Positions 8,457-15,947 of a stretch of 50,149 nucleotides of DNA are shown here, piece by piece. The translations under genes were made by a program, and so were the position numbers. This DNA comes from a virus (lineage: Duplodnaviria > Caudoviricetes): positions 1 to 50,149 of the IMG/VR virus record IMGVR_UViG_3300037478_000329, one strand, 5' to 3'. The stretch's first letter is position 1; the number at the start of each line of letters is the position of its first letter. The notes beneath the pieces were generated by a model. The model had not been told where the DNA came from. It searched no databases and was given only the letters and a program-made list of their open reading frames with translations.

Positions 8457-10354
8457 CCACCTACCAGATCGTGCTCGGGGACAACCTCGACACCTTGCGC
8501 CGCCTGCCGGATAACTGCATCGACTCCGTCGTTTGCGATCCTCCGTATGAGCTCGGGTTCATGGGGAAGAAGTGGGATGCCTCCGGTGTCGCGTTCGACG
8601 TCGAGCGATGGGGCGAAGTCCTCCGCGTGCTCAAGCCGGGCGGGCACCTGCTCGCGTTCTCGGGGACGCGGACGTATCACCATATGGTGTGCGCGATAGA
8701 GGACGCGGGGTTCGAGATTCGGGACCAGCTCGGCTGGTTCTACGGGCAGGGAATGCCCAAGAGTCTCGATCTCGCGCGGCAGGTAGATATGTTCCGGTGC
8801 ACGCTGCCGGGTCGACACTGCGACAAGAACTTGCCTGCGAAGCGGCGCCCCGATGATCACCTCTGCCCCCCGCACCCGGACCGCGCTCCGTACGTCGGAC
8901 GTCGCACGGCGCTATCGCCCGCGCAGGAACCGATCGTCCTCGCGCGCAAGCCACTGATCGGCACCGTCGCGGCGAACGTGCTGCAGTACAACACGGGCGG
9001 GATCAACGTCGACGCGTGCAGGCTCGCGACCGCGGACAAGTGGGACCCGGTCGAGACGAACGGCACGCCGTCGATCGCGTTGCGAGGCGGGGCGGATGGT
9101 AGCCTGAACAACCAGCGCAGCGGCTCGCACGAACTCGGCCGCTGGCCCGCGAACGTGCTCCTAGATGAATGGCTGGATCCGGTGCTATGCTTACGGAGCA
9201 ACGCCCCCGTGGCGGTGCAGGAGTTTTATGCCAGTCACGAAGATGTGCGAGGTGTGCGGGTGCCCGATGACGATCCCGCCAAGCCGGATGAGAAGGAAGC
9301 GCTTCTGTTCCCGGGCCTGCTACGCGGCAGCACTGTCGGCCCGCATGCAGGAGTCACACCCCATGCAGGGGCGCAAGCACTCGGAGGATTCCCTGGCCCT
9401 TATGCGAGCGGCGAAGGTAGAGTCCCCGAAGGGGCCAGCGTCACATTCGTGGAAGGGAGGCAAGCACATGAACCGGGGGTATGTGATCGTGGCCCTGTCA
9501 GCGCTGCCTCCGGAGGAACAGATCCTGTTCGCGTCTATGGCGACGCGCAGCAGCCAGAGGTGCATCCCGGAACATCGTCTGGTGATGGCGCGTCACCTGG
9601 GGCGCCCATTGTCCTCGGAGGAGTCGGTGCATCACCGCAACGGGATCAAGAGCGACAACCGGCTCACGAATCTGGAGACACTGGACAACGCAACGCACAA
9701 ACGCGAACACACGGAGATCCTGCGAGAACTCCGTGCTGCGCGGGCCGAGATCGATCGGTTGAAGCATGTGCAAGCGCGATCCCGGAAGCGTGGTACAAGT
9801 ATTTCATAAGGACGGGGTACGCGATCCGCCGCGGCGCCGCGGCGATGCTCGATGAGCAGAGCGGGATCGCGAAGCCCCGTCGACATTTGGACGATTGCCC
9901 GGTCACACACGGTGCGTCGGCCGACTGCGTTGCCGGATACGAATGCCCGTCGGGCTCCGGCGGCGCGTCCCGGTTCTTTTACGTGAGTAAGGCGTCCCGT
10001 GCCGAACGCGAAGCGGGGCTCGACCACCTGCCCCGCCAAAGCGCCGGTGAGCTCACGGGCGGCCGCAAGGAAGGTTCCGCCGGACTCGACAACCCCCGCG
10101 CCGGTGCCGGGAGAACGAGCGCGTCGGGCAGGGCGAACACTCACCCGACCGTGAAGCCGATCGCGCTCATGCGTTGGCTCGTCCGCTTGATCACACCTCC
10201 GGGCGGCGTCGTGCTCGATCCGTACTGTGGCAGTGGCTCGACTGGCTGCGCCGCGGTCCTCGAAGGCTTCGCGTTTTTAGGTTGCGAACTGTCGGAGGAA
10301 TACTGTACGATCGCGACTGCCAGGATCGCTCACGCGATGGCGCAAGCATCATGA
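8453..10354 (+). CDS. N6-adenine/N4-cytosine DNA methyltransferase with a roughly 222-codon insertion
   Basis: IDSVVCDPPY, RVLKPGGHL, EPIVLARKP, GRWPAN, HPTVKP and VLDPYCGSGSTG motifs. Confidence 0.9.
   Translation: MTTYQIVLGDNLDTLRRLPDNCIDSVVCDPPYELGFMGKKWDASGVAFDVERWGEVLRVLKPGGHLLAFSGTRTYHHMVCAIEDAGFEIRDQLGWFYGQGMPKSLDLARQVDMFRCTLPGRHCDKNLPAKRRPDDHLCPPHPDRAPYVGRRTALSPAQEPIVLARKPLIGTVAANVLQYNTGGINVDACRLATADKWDPVETNGTPSIALRGGADGSLNNQRSGSHELGRWPANVLLDEWLDPVLCLRSNAPVAVQEFYASHEDVRGVRVPDDDPAKPDEKEALLFPGLLRGSTVGPHAGVTPHAGAQALGGFPGPYASGEGRVPEGASVTFVEGRQAHEPGVCDRGPVSAASGGTDPVRVYGDAQQPEVHPGTSSGDGASPGAPIVLGGVGASPQRDQERQPAHESGDTGQRNAQTRTHGDPARTPCCAGRDRSVEACASAIPEAWYKYFIRTGYAIRRGAAAMLDEQSGIAKPRRHLDDCPVTHGASADCVAGYECPSGSGGASRFFYVSKASRAEREAGLDHLPRQSAGELTGGRKEGSAGLDNPRAGAGRTSASGRANTHPTVKPIALMRWLVRLITPPGGVVLDPYCGSGSTGCAAVLEGFAFLGCELSEEYCTIATARIAHAMAQAS
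9228..9809 (+). CDS. HNH homing endonuclease (Zn finger + NUMOD3-like + HNH) nested in another frame of the methyltransferase
   Basis: AGGAG at 9219-9223 then ATG 9228; CEVCG..FCSRAC, GRKHSEDS, EHRLVM..VHHRNGIKSDNRLTNLE. Confidence 0.88.
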   Translation: MPVTKMCEVCGCPMTIPPSRMRRKRFCSRACYAAALSARMQESHPMQGRKHSEDSLALMRAAKVESPKGPASHSWKGGKHMNRGYVIVALSALPPEEQILFASMATRSSQRCIPEHRLVMARHLGRPLSSEESVHHRNGIKSDNRLTNLETLDNATHKREHTEILRELRAARAEIDRLKHVQARSRKRGTSIS

Positions 10355-10794
10355 CCCGCGACAACCCCGAGCACCGGATCCACCGTCGCGCCGTCGCCGA
10401 ACTTCGCGCCGCGTTCTGGGATCGCTACGGTATGGAGCGGCGCGCATGTCCGTTTTTTCATTGTCCGAACGAAGGCGATCTCCCGGTGCAGTACCGCAGC
10501 AAGCTTGCGGATCTTGGGTTGTCTCCCGGTGTGTCCGACCTCGTGATCTGCTGGCCAACATCCCCGACCGTCGGAACGTTCGGCGCGGCGCTTGAGATCA
10601 AAGCCCCCAAGGGGCGCCCGAGCGAGACACAACTCGCGTGGCTTGGACACTGGAAGCGCACCGGCTTTGCTACCGCTGTCACGCGGGGGCACGCCGCGAC
10701 CGCGGACCAGCTCGCAACATGGGGATATATCCCCGGCTTCGCGGCGGAGGCTTGGATCGCATGGGCGTCCGTGCGGGATCGGATCGCATTGTGA
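10351..10794 (+). CDS. VRR-NUC / PD-(D/E)XK nuclease
   Basis: FFHCPNEG..GVSDLVI..LEIKAPKGRPSETQLAW. Confidence 0.85.
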   Translation: MTRDNPEHRIHRRAVAELRAAFWDRYGMERRACPFFHCPNEGDLPVQYRSKLADLGLSPGVSDLVICWPTSPTVGTFGAALEIKAPKGRPSETQLAWLGHWKRTGFATAVTRGHAATADQLATWGYIPGFAAEAWIAWASVRDRIAL

Positions 10795-11009
10795 ACGAAC
10801 TCGATTGGATGCGCGTCACGGACGATGAGACCGGGGAGCGGTTCCTACGCTACGTTGCGGACGACAAGGTGCGGGGCGAGATCCGACCCGAGGACTCCGG
10901 CGTGTTCTGGTTCTTCGACCTCGCGACGTCGGGGCATTGGGGACGCGCGGACGATAGCGAAAGTGCAATGGGTCAGATCGATCTGATTCGGGAAGCGATG
11001 GGCGAATGA
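10791..11009 (+). CDS. hypothetical protein
   Basis: GTGA/ATGA overlaps with both neighbours. Confidence 0.65.
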   Translation: MNELDWMRVTDDETGERFLRYVADDKVRGEIRPEDSGVFWFFDLATSGHWGRADDSESAMGQIDLIREAMGE

Positions 11010-11518
11010 CGACGTACAAGGAACGACTCGAAGCGGCGGACGTGCTCGGACACGGGTTCGCCTACACGGAACTCGTGAGCTGGAAAGGGCTCCACCGCAA
11101 GCGCATGCCTCCGCGGTACATGTGGGATCGCATCATCCCCGCCATGCAGTTCGCAAACGCACTGCGGTGGCACATGGTCGCGGCGGGTGCTCGCGGGCTG
11201 AACATCGTGGCAGCGTACCGCCCGATCGGCGGGGCGAAGTATTCGCAGCACAAGTACAATCGGGCGCTCGACCTAGACTTGCTTCGGGGTGACTATCACC
11301 TCGCGACCGAATACTATCGCGTCGCTGCCGGCTTATATGAAAGCGTGCTCGCGGACGGGTTCAGGGCGGGACTCGGGTTCTACTGCGGTCCGACAGCGAC
11401 CGGAGGGATCCGGGTGCACATCGACGTCGGGCGGTCGCGGTCGTCTTCGTGGACGATCTCCGGCGGCAAGCAGTGGTCCCCGAGTCCGTTGCTGCAGCGC
11501 ATCCTTAGCCAAGGATGA
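11006..11518 (+). CDS. peptidase M15 family protein, probable endolysin
   Basis: AYRP..SQHKYNRALDL..VHIDVG zinc-ligand pattern. Confidence 0.82.
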   Translation: MTTYKERLEAADVLGHGFAYTELVSWKGLHRKRMPPRYMWDRIIPAMQFANALRWHMVAAGARGLNIVAAYRPIGGAKYSQHKYNRALDLDLLRGDYHLATEYYRVAAGLYESVLADGFRAGLGFYCGPTATGGIRVHIDVGRSRSSSWTISGGKQWSPSPLLQRILSQG

Positions 11519-11741
11519 TCCGGACGTCGTGCAGCTTCACGAGGTCCCCGCCGCCAAGGTGAACCGTGTTGCGCAGGTAGTGATAGCACCAGCGCTTAGC
11601 GTGTGCGTCCCAAAACAACGTTAGATCCTTGCGGTCGAAGACGTGGACGAACTCGCCTTTGACGGTGGCCATATAGCGCGCCTTGAACTTGGCGAGGATC
11701 GCTTCGCAAAGCGCGTGCGGATCTCGGGGCGGGAGGATCAC
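11505..11741 (-). CDS. hypothetical protein
   Basis: GTG 11741 overlaps the stop of 11738-12151; globular composition. Confidence 0.55.
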   Translation of the reverse strand: MILPPRDPHALCEAILAKFKARYMATVKGEFVHVFDRKDLTLFWDAHAKRWCYHYLRNTVHLGGGDLVKLHDVRIILG

Positions 11742-12151
11742 AGCTTCACCCCCCGGAGGGCAAAGCGCTCCCGCGAGTTCGGGCGCTCGACATACTCGCC
11801 GCTGCGGATCATGATCTTGTCCCCTACCTTTGCCTTCGCGAGTTTCTCCCGCGCCGCGGCGCTGGGCTGATAGGCCGCGGGGTGATCCATTCCAGGGACC
11901 GCGAGGATCACCCGCCCGCTCGGGTTCACCGCTTCGACCGTGGCGCGCACGCGGTGCAGCGGCGTGCTCACGATCTTCGACTCGCCGACTTTCGCCGGCA
12001 CCGGCGGGCCGACTTCGCGGGTAGCAGGAGCGACGCCGCGGAGGCGGTGCACGAGCATGACGATTGGCGCGAGTTGTTCGTCGAGCGCGGCGATCTGCTC
12101 GTCCGTGTAGGAGAGAATCTCTTCGAGGGATGGGAGGGCTGGCGTGTTCAT
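11738..12151 (-). CDS. hypothetical protein
   Basis: ORF divergent from the promoter region at 12.2 kb. Confidence 0.65.
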   Translation of the reverse strand: MNTPALPSLEEILSYTDEQIAALDEQLAPIVMLVHRLRGVAPATREVGPPVPAKVGESKIVSTPLHRVRATVEAVNPSGRVILAVPGMDHPAAYQPSAAAREKLAKAKVGDKIMIRSGEYVERPNSRERFALRGVKL

Positions 12152-12250
12152 ATTCCCGGTCTACCCCTGCCCACCGATCTTTCAAGCCGGGGAAACTCGA
12201 CAAAATCACAACTCCGTGAAAGCCGGCGATTTTTCCGCCGATCTTTTTTC

Positions 12251-12279
12251 TTGCGTTCACCAGTCCCACCGTTTATGGT
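12251..12279 (+). promoter_or_regulatory. sigma70-type promoter, leaderless start
   Basis: TTGCGT-17 bp-TATGGT, then 6 nt to GTG 12286. Confidence 0.6.
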
Positions 12280-12285
12280 GGCGAC

Positions 12286-12573
12286 GTGTATGATCAAAAC
12301 GTAATGGCGGATGCATTCGATGCAGCGTGCGAACTCGCGCGCCTCATGACCGCGCACGTGGACGGCGCGACAACGGACGTGCTCGACGATGCGGACGTGC
12401 TCGTGATCGCCCGCGGCTGGCGGACGGTCCGGCTCGCACCGCTGCGCTCCGGGCGATGGGGCGTGTCGGACGCACGGGCGGGCGCAGGGGAGATCTCGTG
12501 GACGGTCGACGGCGCGGGCGTCTACGATCTCCTGCGCGAAGCGCTCGGGATAAAAAACGCCGCGGTCGCTTGA
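12286..12573 (+). CDS. hypothetical protein
   Basis: ORF immediately after the promoter. Confidence 0.65.
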   Translation: MYDQNVMADAFDAACELARLMTAHVDGATTDVLDDADVLVIARGWRTVRLAPLRSGRWGVSDARAGAGEISWTVDGAGVYDLLREALGIKNAAVA

Positions 12574-12605
12574 CGGCACCAGGATAAACCTGCATGCTTG
12601 TTTTC
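12570..12605 (+). promoter_or_regulatory. promoter/operator, copy 1
   Basis: TTGACG-17 bp-CATGCT-7 nt-ATG; shares ATAAACCTGCATGCTTGTTTTCATGG with the copy at 13876-13911. Confidence 0.75.
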
Positions 12606-13466
12606 ATGGTCGCTCACCCGTTCGTCGCAGCCGGATACCCCGCCCCCTACACCTTCGTGCGCGCGGCCTACCGCGCCCACGTCATCCCCGGAATGGATGG
12701 GGATATCCACAAGCCGGGCGGCACCTGCGACGTGTGCGGGACCTGCTTCAAATACGGCGCGACCTTTCGCGCGGCGGACGGGGTCGAGTTCACGACCGGC
12801 TGCGACTGCGCGGTCAAATCCTTGTGGGACGTCGACCGCGAGGTCGCGGAGCGGGCAAAGGCCTGCAAGCGCGAGATCCTCGCGGAGCGTCGCGCCGAAC
12901 TCCGGGCGGCGGAGCGGGCCCGCCGCGAGGAACTGCACGTCGAGCGGGAGAATGCGGAGCGCGCCGAGTTCGAGTCGTGCGACGTTGCCGCGCTCGCGGT
13001 CATCGCCCACCCGCTCGACTGGGCGGCGGCTAAGGGGCTCTCATGGGCGGACGCGGTTACGTGGCACGCGGAGCGCGGCAACTTCCGCAAGGCGTCCGAG
13101 CTCGCTAGCGAAGGACACGCCCTCCTGCAGGGCGGCGAGTTCGAGGCGGTCCGAGTCCTGCCGACCATCGACGCGGCCGCCTCGAAGCACGTGGGCGCCG
13201 TCAAGCAGCGCTTAACCTTTACCGCCCGAATCCTCGCGATGGTCTGGTTCGACTCCGACTGGGGCGGGGTGTGCTTCGTCAAGATGGTGGACACCGCCGG
13301 GAACCTGCTCGTGTGGAAAACCGGGACCCCGTTCACGGACGAGAACTGCAACCGACTCCCCGTCGGGACCTGGGTCTCGTTCAAGGGGACCGTGAAAGAC
13401 CACGGAACCGACAAATACAACGACGGTGCGCAGTGCACCTACCTCACCAGGTGCAAGCAGATCTAG
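12606..13466 (+). CDS. Zn-binding plus C-terminal OB-fold-like phage protein
   Basis: CDVC..GCDC; C-terminal HVGAVKQRL..LVWKT..FKGTVKDH..TYLTRCK. Confidence 0.7.
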   Translation: MVAHPFVAAGYPAPYTFVRAAYRAHVIPGMDGDIHKPGGTCDVCGTCFKYGATFRAADGVEFTTGCDCAVKSLWDVDREVAERAKACKREILAERRAELRAAERARREELHVERENAERAEFESCDVAALAVIAHPLDWAAAKGLSWADAVTWHAERGNFRKASELASEGHALLQGGEFEAVRVLPTIDAAASKHVGAVKQRLTFTARILAMVWFDSDWGGVCFVKMVDTAGNLLVWKTGTPFTDENCNRLPVGTWVSFKGTVKDHGTDKYNDGAQCTYLTRCKQI

Positions 13467-13486
13467 CCCTGCCCGCTCGACCCGCC

Positions 13487-13518
13487 GCCCCGTACCTCGC
13501 AGGAGGACGGGGCTTTCG
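13487..13518 (+). terminator. conserved bulged hairpin, copy 1
   Basis: GCCCCGTACCTCGCAGGAGGACGGGGC followed by TTTCG, after the stop at 13466. Confidence 0.7.
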
Positions 13519-13522
13519 CGGT

Positions 13523-13699
13523 GTGAGCGACCGATCACCTATATCCCACCTACTCCGGCTAGCCAAGTCCCGCGTGTTCGCAGCGCAGGACGCGGCCGAG
13601 CGCCTGGACGATTACGAGCTCCGCCGCCGGCTGGCACTCGCCCGCGACTGGCTCGAAGCCGCGGACCGCCGCGCGGACGATCTGTTGGGGGACCGATGA
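13523..13699 (+). CDS. hypothetical helical protein
   Basis: GTG 9 nt after the hairpin; its stop overlaps ATG 13696. Confidence 0.55.
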   Translation: MSDRSPISHLLRLAKSRVFAAQDAAERLDDYELRRRLALARDWLEAADRRADDLLGDR

Positions 13700-13893
13700 A
13701 GGCCGGACCAGGTCGGGGGCGGAAAGGTCACGCGGCGGACGCGAAGATCATCCCGGTCTCGTTCCGCGTGTCATACGCGCAGGCGGTAGACCTCGCGCGC
13801 GCGGGCAAGGCGCGGGGCTTGTCGCGGCACCAGGTCGCGGCCGAACTGGTCGCGCACCTGCTCACGAAAAAAGATTTGACGCCGGGTAAATAA
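13696..13893 (+). CDS. ribbon-helix-helix-like DNA-binding protein
   Basis: GRGRK arm, IIPVSFRVS strand, then AVDLARAGKARGLSRHQVAAELV helices. Confidence 0.65.
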   Translation: MKAGPGRGRKGHAADAKIIPVSFRVSYAQAVDLARAGKARGLSRHQVAAELVAHLLTKKDLTPGK

Positions 13894-13911
13894 ACCTGCA
13901 TGCTTGTTTTC
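13876..13911 (+). promoter_or_regulatory. promoter/operator, copy 2
   Basis: TTGACG-17 bp-CATGCT-7 nt-ATG 13912, with an upstream A-tract. Confidence 0.75.
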
Positions 13912-14106
13912 ATGGACAGCGCAACGCTCACCTTCACCTTTACCGCCCACGACTGCCGCACCGCGCGCGAGATCGTCATCCGCGTCGATCAGCCGGACGA
14001 CGGGCGCCCGTACGTCGAACTCTCGGACGAGGCGGCGGAGCGCGCGATCCCCCTCGCTGCGAAGCGCCTGGGCTGCACGGAGGACCAGGTCGAGATCACG
14101 GACTAG
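13912..14106 (+). CDS. hypothetical protein
   Basis: Lies between promoter copy 2 and hairpin copy 2. Confidence 0.65.
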   Translation: MDSATLTFTFTAHDCRTAREIVIRVDQPDDGRPYVELSDEAAERAIPLAAKRLGCTEDQVEITD

Positions 14107-14128
14107 CCGCCCGCCGGCTCGACCGCCA

Positions 14129-14160
14129 GCCCCGTACCTCGCAGGAGGACGGGGCTTTCG
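14129..14160 (+). terminator. conserved bulged hairpin, copy 2
   Basis: Identical 32-mer to 13487-13518. Confidence 0.7.
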
Positions 14161-14164
14161 AGGT

Positions 14165-14443
14165 GTGAATACCTTCACCGACTCACCCACCCTATACGAC
14201 ATGCGCACCGCGGAGATCCTCTCGGACTCCGAGCGCGTCGCCTGGCGCCGCCGCACCGGCGCGTGCGACTTGCCCCCGCCTCCGCCGTTCGGCGGGACGC
14301 TCGACGCGGAGCTCGACGGCATCTGCCCGCTGCGCCACGCGGTCCCGACCGCCATGGTGGACGCCCCGCCGCAGGTGATCGTCACCGCCTACCACGTCAC
14401 CCGGCAGCGGATCGCCGGAGCGATCGCGAGGATCGGCCGATGA
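14165..14443 (+). CDS. hypothetical protein
   Basis: GTG 9 nt after the hairpin (alternative ATG 14201); its stop overlaps the next ATG. Confidence 0.5.
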   Translation: MNTFTDSPTLYDMRTAEILSDSERVAWRRRTGACDLPPPPPFGGTLDAELDGICPLRHAVPTAMVDAPPQVIVTAYHVTRQRIAGAIARIGR

Positions 14444-14598
14444 AAAGTCTCATCGCGATCACCTTGTTCCTGTCTTGCTCCTGGGGCACACCCGCGAGCG
14501 ACTACCGGCCCGCGCGTGCGGGCGTCCGCCAAACCGTCCACGCGCTCACCCACGACGCGTACGATCTTGGACGCCACGAGGTGATGCCGTGGTATTGA
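14440..14598 (+). CDS. small protein with a signal- or lipoprotein-like N-terminus
   Basis: MKSLIAITLFLSC. Confidence 0.5.
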   Translation: MKSLIAITLFLSCSWGTPASDYRPARAGVRQTVHALTHDAYDLGRHEVMPWY

Positions 14599-15227
14599 CC
14601 ATCCGCAAACGCATCTGCGATTCGCTAACGCAGACGAAGTCCGCGCGCGAGACCGCGGCCGAACTCGGGCTGGATTACGACGCCGCGACGGACGCCGTGT
14701 TACACCCGGGCTGGTGCGTCGAAGTCGACGTCGACGAAGACACGACGATCGGGGGGGAAGCTCCGCACGTGCTCGATCCGATCGACGCGCTGCGCGTGCT
14801 CGACGTTCCGATCCGGGCGTGGCGTGACGGTACGACGTGGAACCCCCGCACCCGCTGGCTTGCGGACCGCCGCGCCCGGGAGACCACGTTCACCGCGAAC
14901 CTGGTTCCGGAGCGAGTCCGGCGGCGACGCCCCGCGAGGACGGCGGATGATCTGCGCACGGTCCTGCTTGAGCATGCCACCAAGTTGCATCCGTGCTTGC
15001 CGGATGATGATCTCTGCTTGTGGGAACTGTTCTCGTACGCCGCCTACGGCAACTTCGAGCGGCTGCGCAGGCGCATGCTTGACCACGCGGATCGCATCGA
15101 ACGACATTACGCGTACGACGAGATCGCGGAGGACCTCCGCGACATGATCAACGGGCACGATGCGGACGCGGATCGGGACGTATACGGGAACGACCTACCC
15201 GATCGCGAACCCGACGGAGATCGCTAG
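14595..15227 (+). CDS. hypothetical protein
   Basis: TTG overlaps the upstream TGA; last plus-strand gene before convergence. Confidence 0.6.
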   Translation: MTIRKRICDSLTQTKSARETAAELGLDYDAATDAVLHPGWCVEVDVDEDTTIGGEAPHVLDPIDALRVLDVPIRAWRDGTTWNPRTRWLADRRARETTFTANLVPERVRRRRPARTADDLRTVLLEHATKLHPCLPDDDLCLWELFSYAAYGNFERLRRRMLDHADRIERHYAYDEIAEDLRDMINGHDADADRDVYGNDLPDREPDGDR

Positions 15228-15947
15228 TTCGTCGGGGATCACGGACTCCGCCCAGCACCTGCAGTTGATCGGCTGCCCCGGCAGCCCTTCGGACGGCGGG
15301 CGATCGTAACGGTGCTTTGTCCCGTCGAGCGCTACATGAGCCGCGCGCACGCGGCTATCCCCCTGCGTGCGCCATATGAACTCGCGGACGCCTACCGCCC
15401 GTGCTCGCTCGCTCTGCACCTGCGCGTGCAAGGTCGAGAGCTGGTCTTGCGCGATCACTTTCAAGCGGCCCTCCGCAGTGCCCCACGTCACGGGGATCCC
15501 TTCGCGTAGCCACTTGCGTGTAAGGTCGGCTGGTTTCGTCCCCTTCTCCAGCGCCTTGATAATGTCCATCCGCATGCGTTTCGCGACTTCGTCCCGGACG
15601 CTCGTGATCTTCGAGGTCGCCGTCTTCGTCCACGCGTCGAGCAGTTTTTTTCCGTCGTACGTCTTCGCGTCCATGCGTGCGCCGTCGCGGATGCGCTTGC
15701 GATCACGCCGGTCGAACGGATGCCACGGACGCGACGCGTCCCCCTCCGCACGCGCGCCGATGTCGTGCACGAGTCCACGGATCTTCGCGTCCGACCAGGT
15801 GCGGCGCAGGGACACCCCGAGCGCAGCAGCGGCCGCAGGCGAGGTGATCCCAGGCAGAGCACGTCGGATCGCAAGCAGCATCGGACGGAGCGCCCGCTGT
15901 AGCACCAGGTCATGACGCCCCGCGGGCTTACCGATCCGTGCCGGCAT
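15195..15947 (-). CDS. Mu gpF-like head morphogenesis / minor capsid protein
   Basis: FIWRTQGDSRVRAAHVALDG..PGQPINCRCWA. Confidence 0.88.
   Translation of the reverse strand: MPARIGKPAGRHDLVLQRALRPMLLAIRRALPGITSPAAAAALGVSLRRTWSDAKIRGLVHDIGARAEGDASRPWHPFDRRDRKRIRDGARMDAKTYDGKKLLDAWTKTATSKITSVRDEVAKRMRMDIIKALEKGTKPADLTRKWLREGIPVTWGTAEGRLKVIAQDQLSTLHAQVQSERARAVGVREFIWRTQGDSRVRAAHVALDGTKHRYDRPPSEGLPGQPINCRCWAESVIPDELAISVGFAIG

Noticed and set aside
9170-9835. Intein in the methyltransferase
   Set aside because: No Cys/Ser start at the boundary, no His-Asn end, and the endonuclease is in a different frame.
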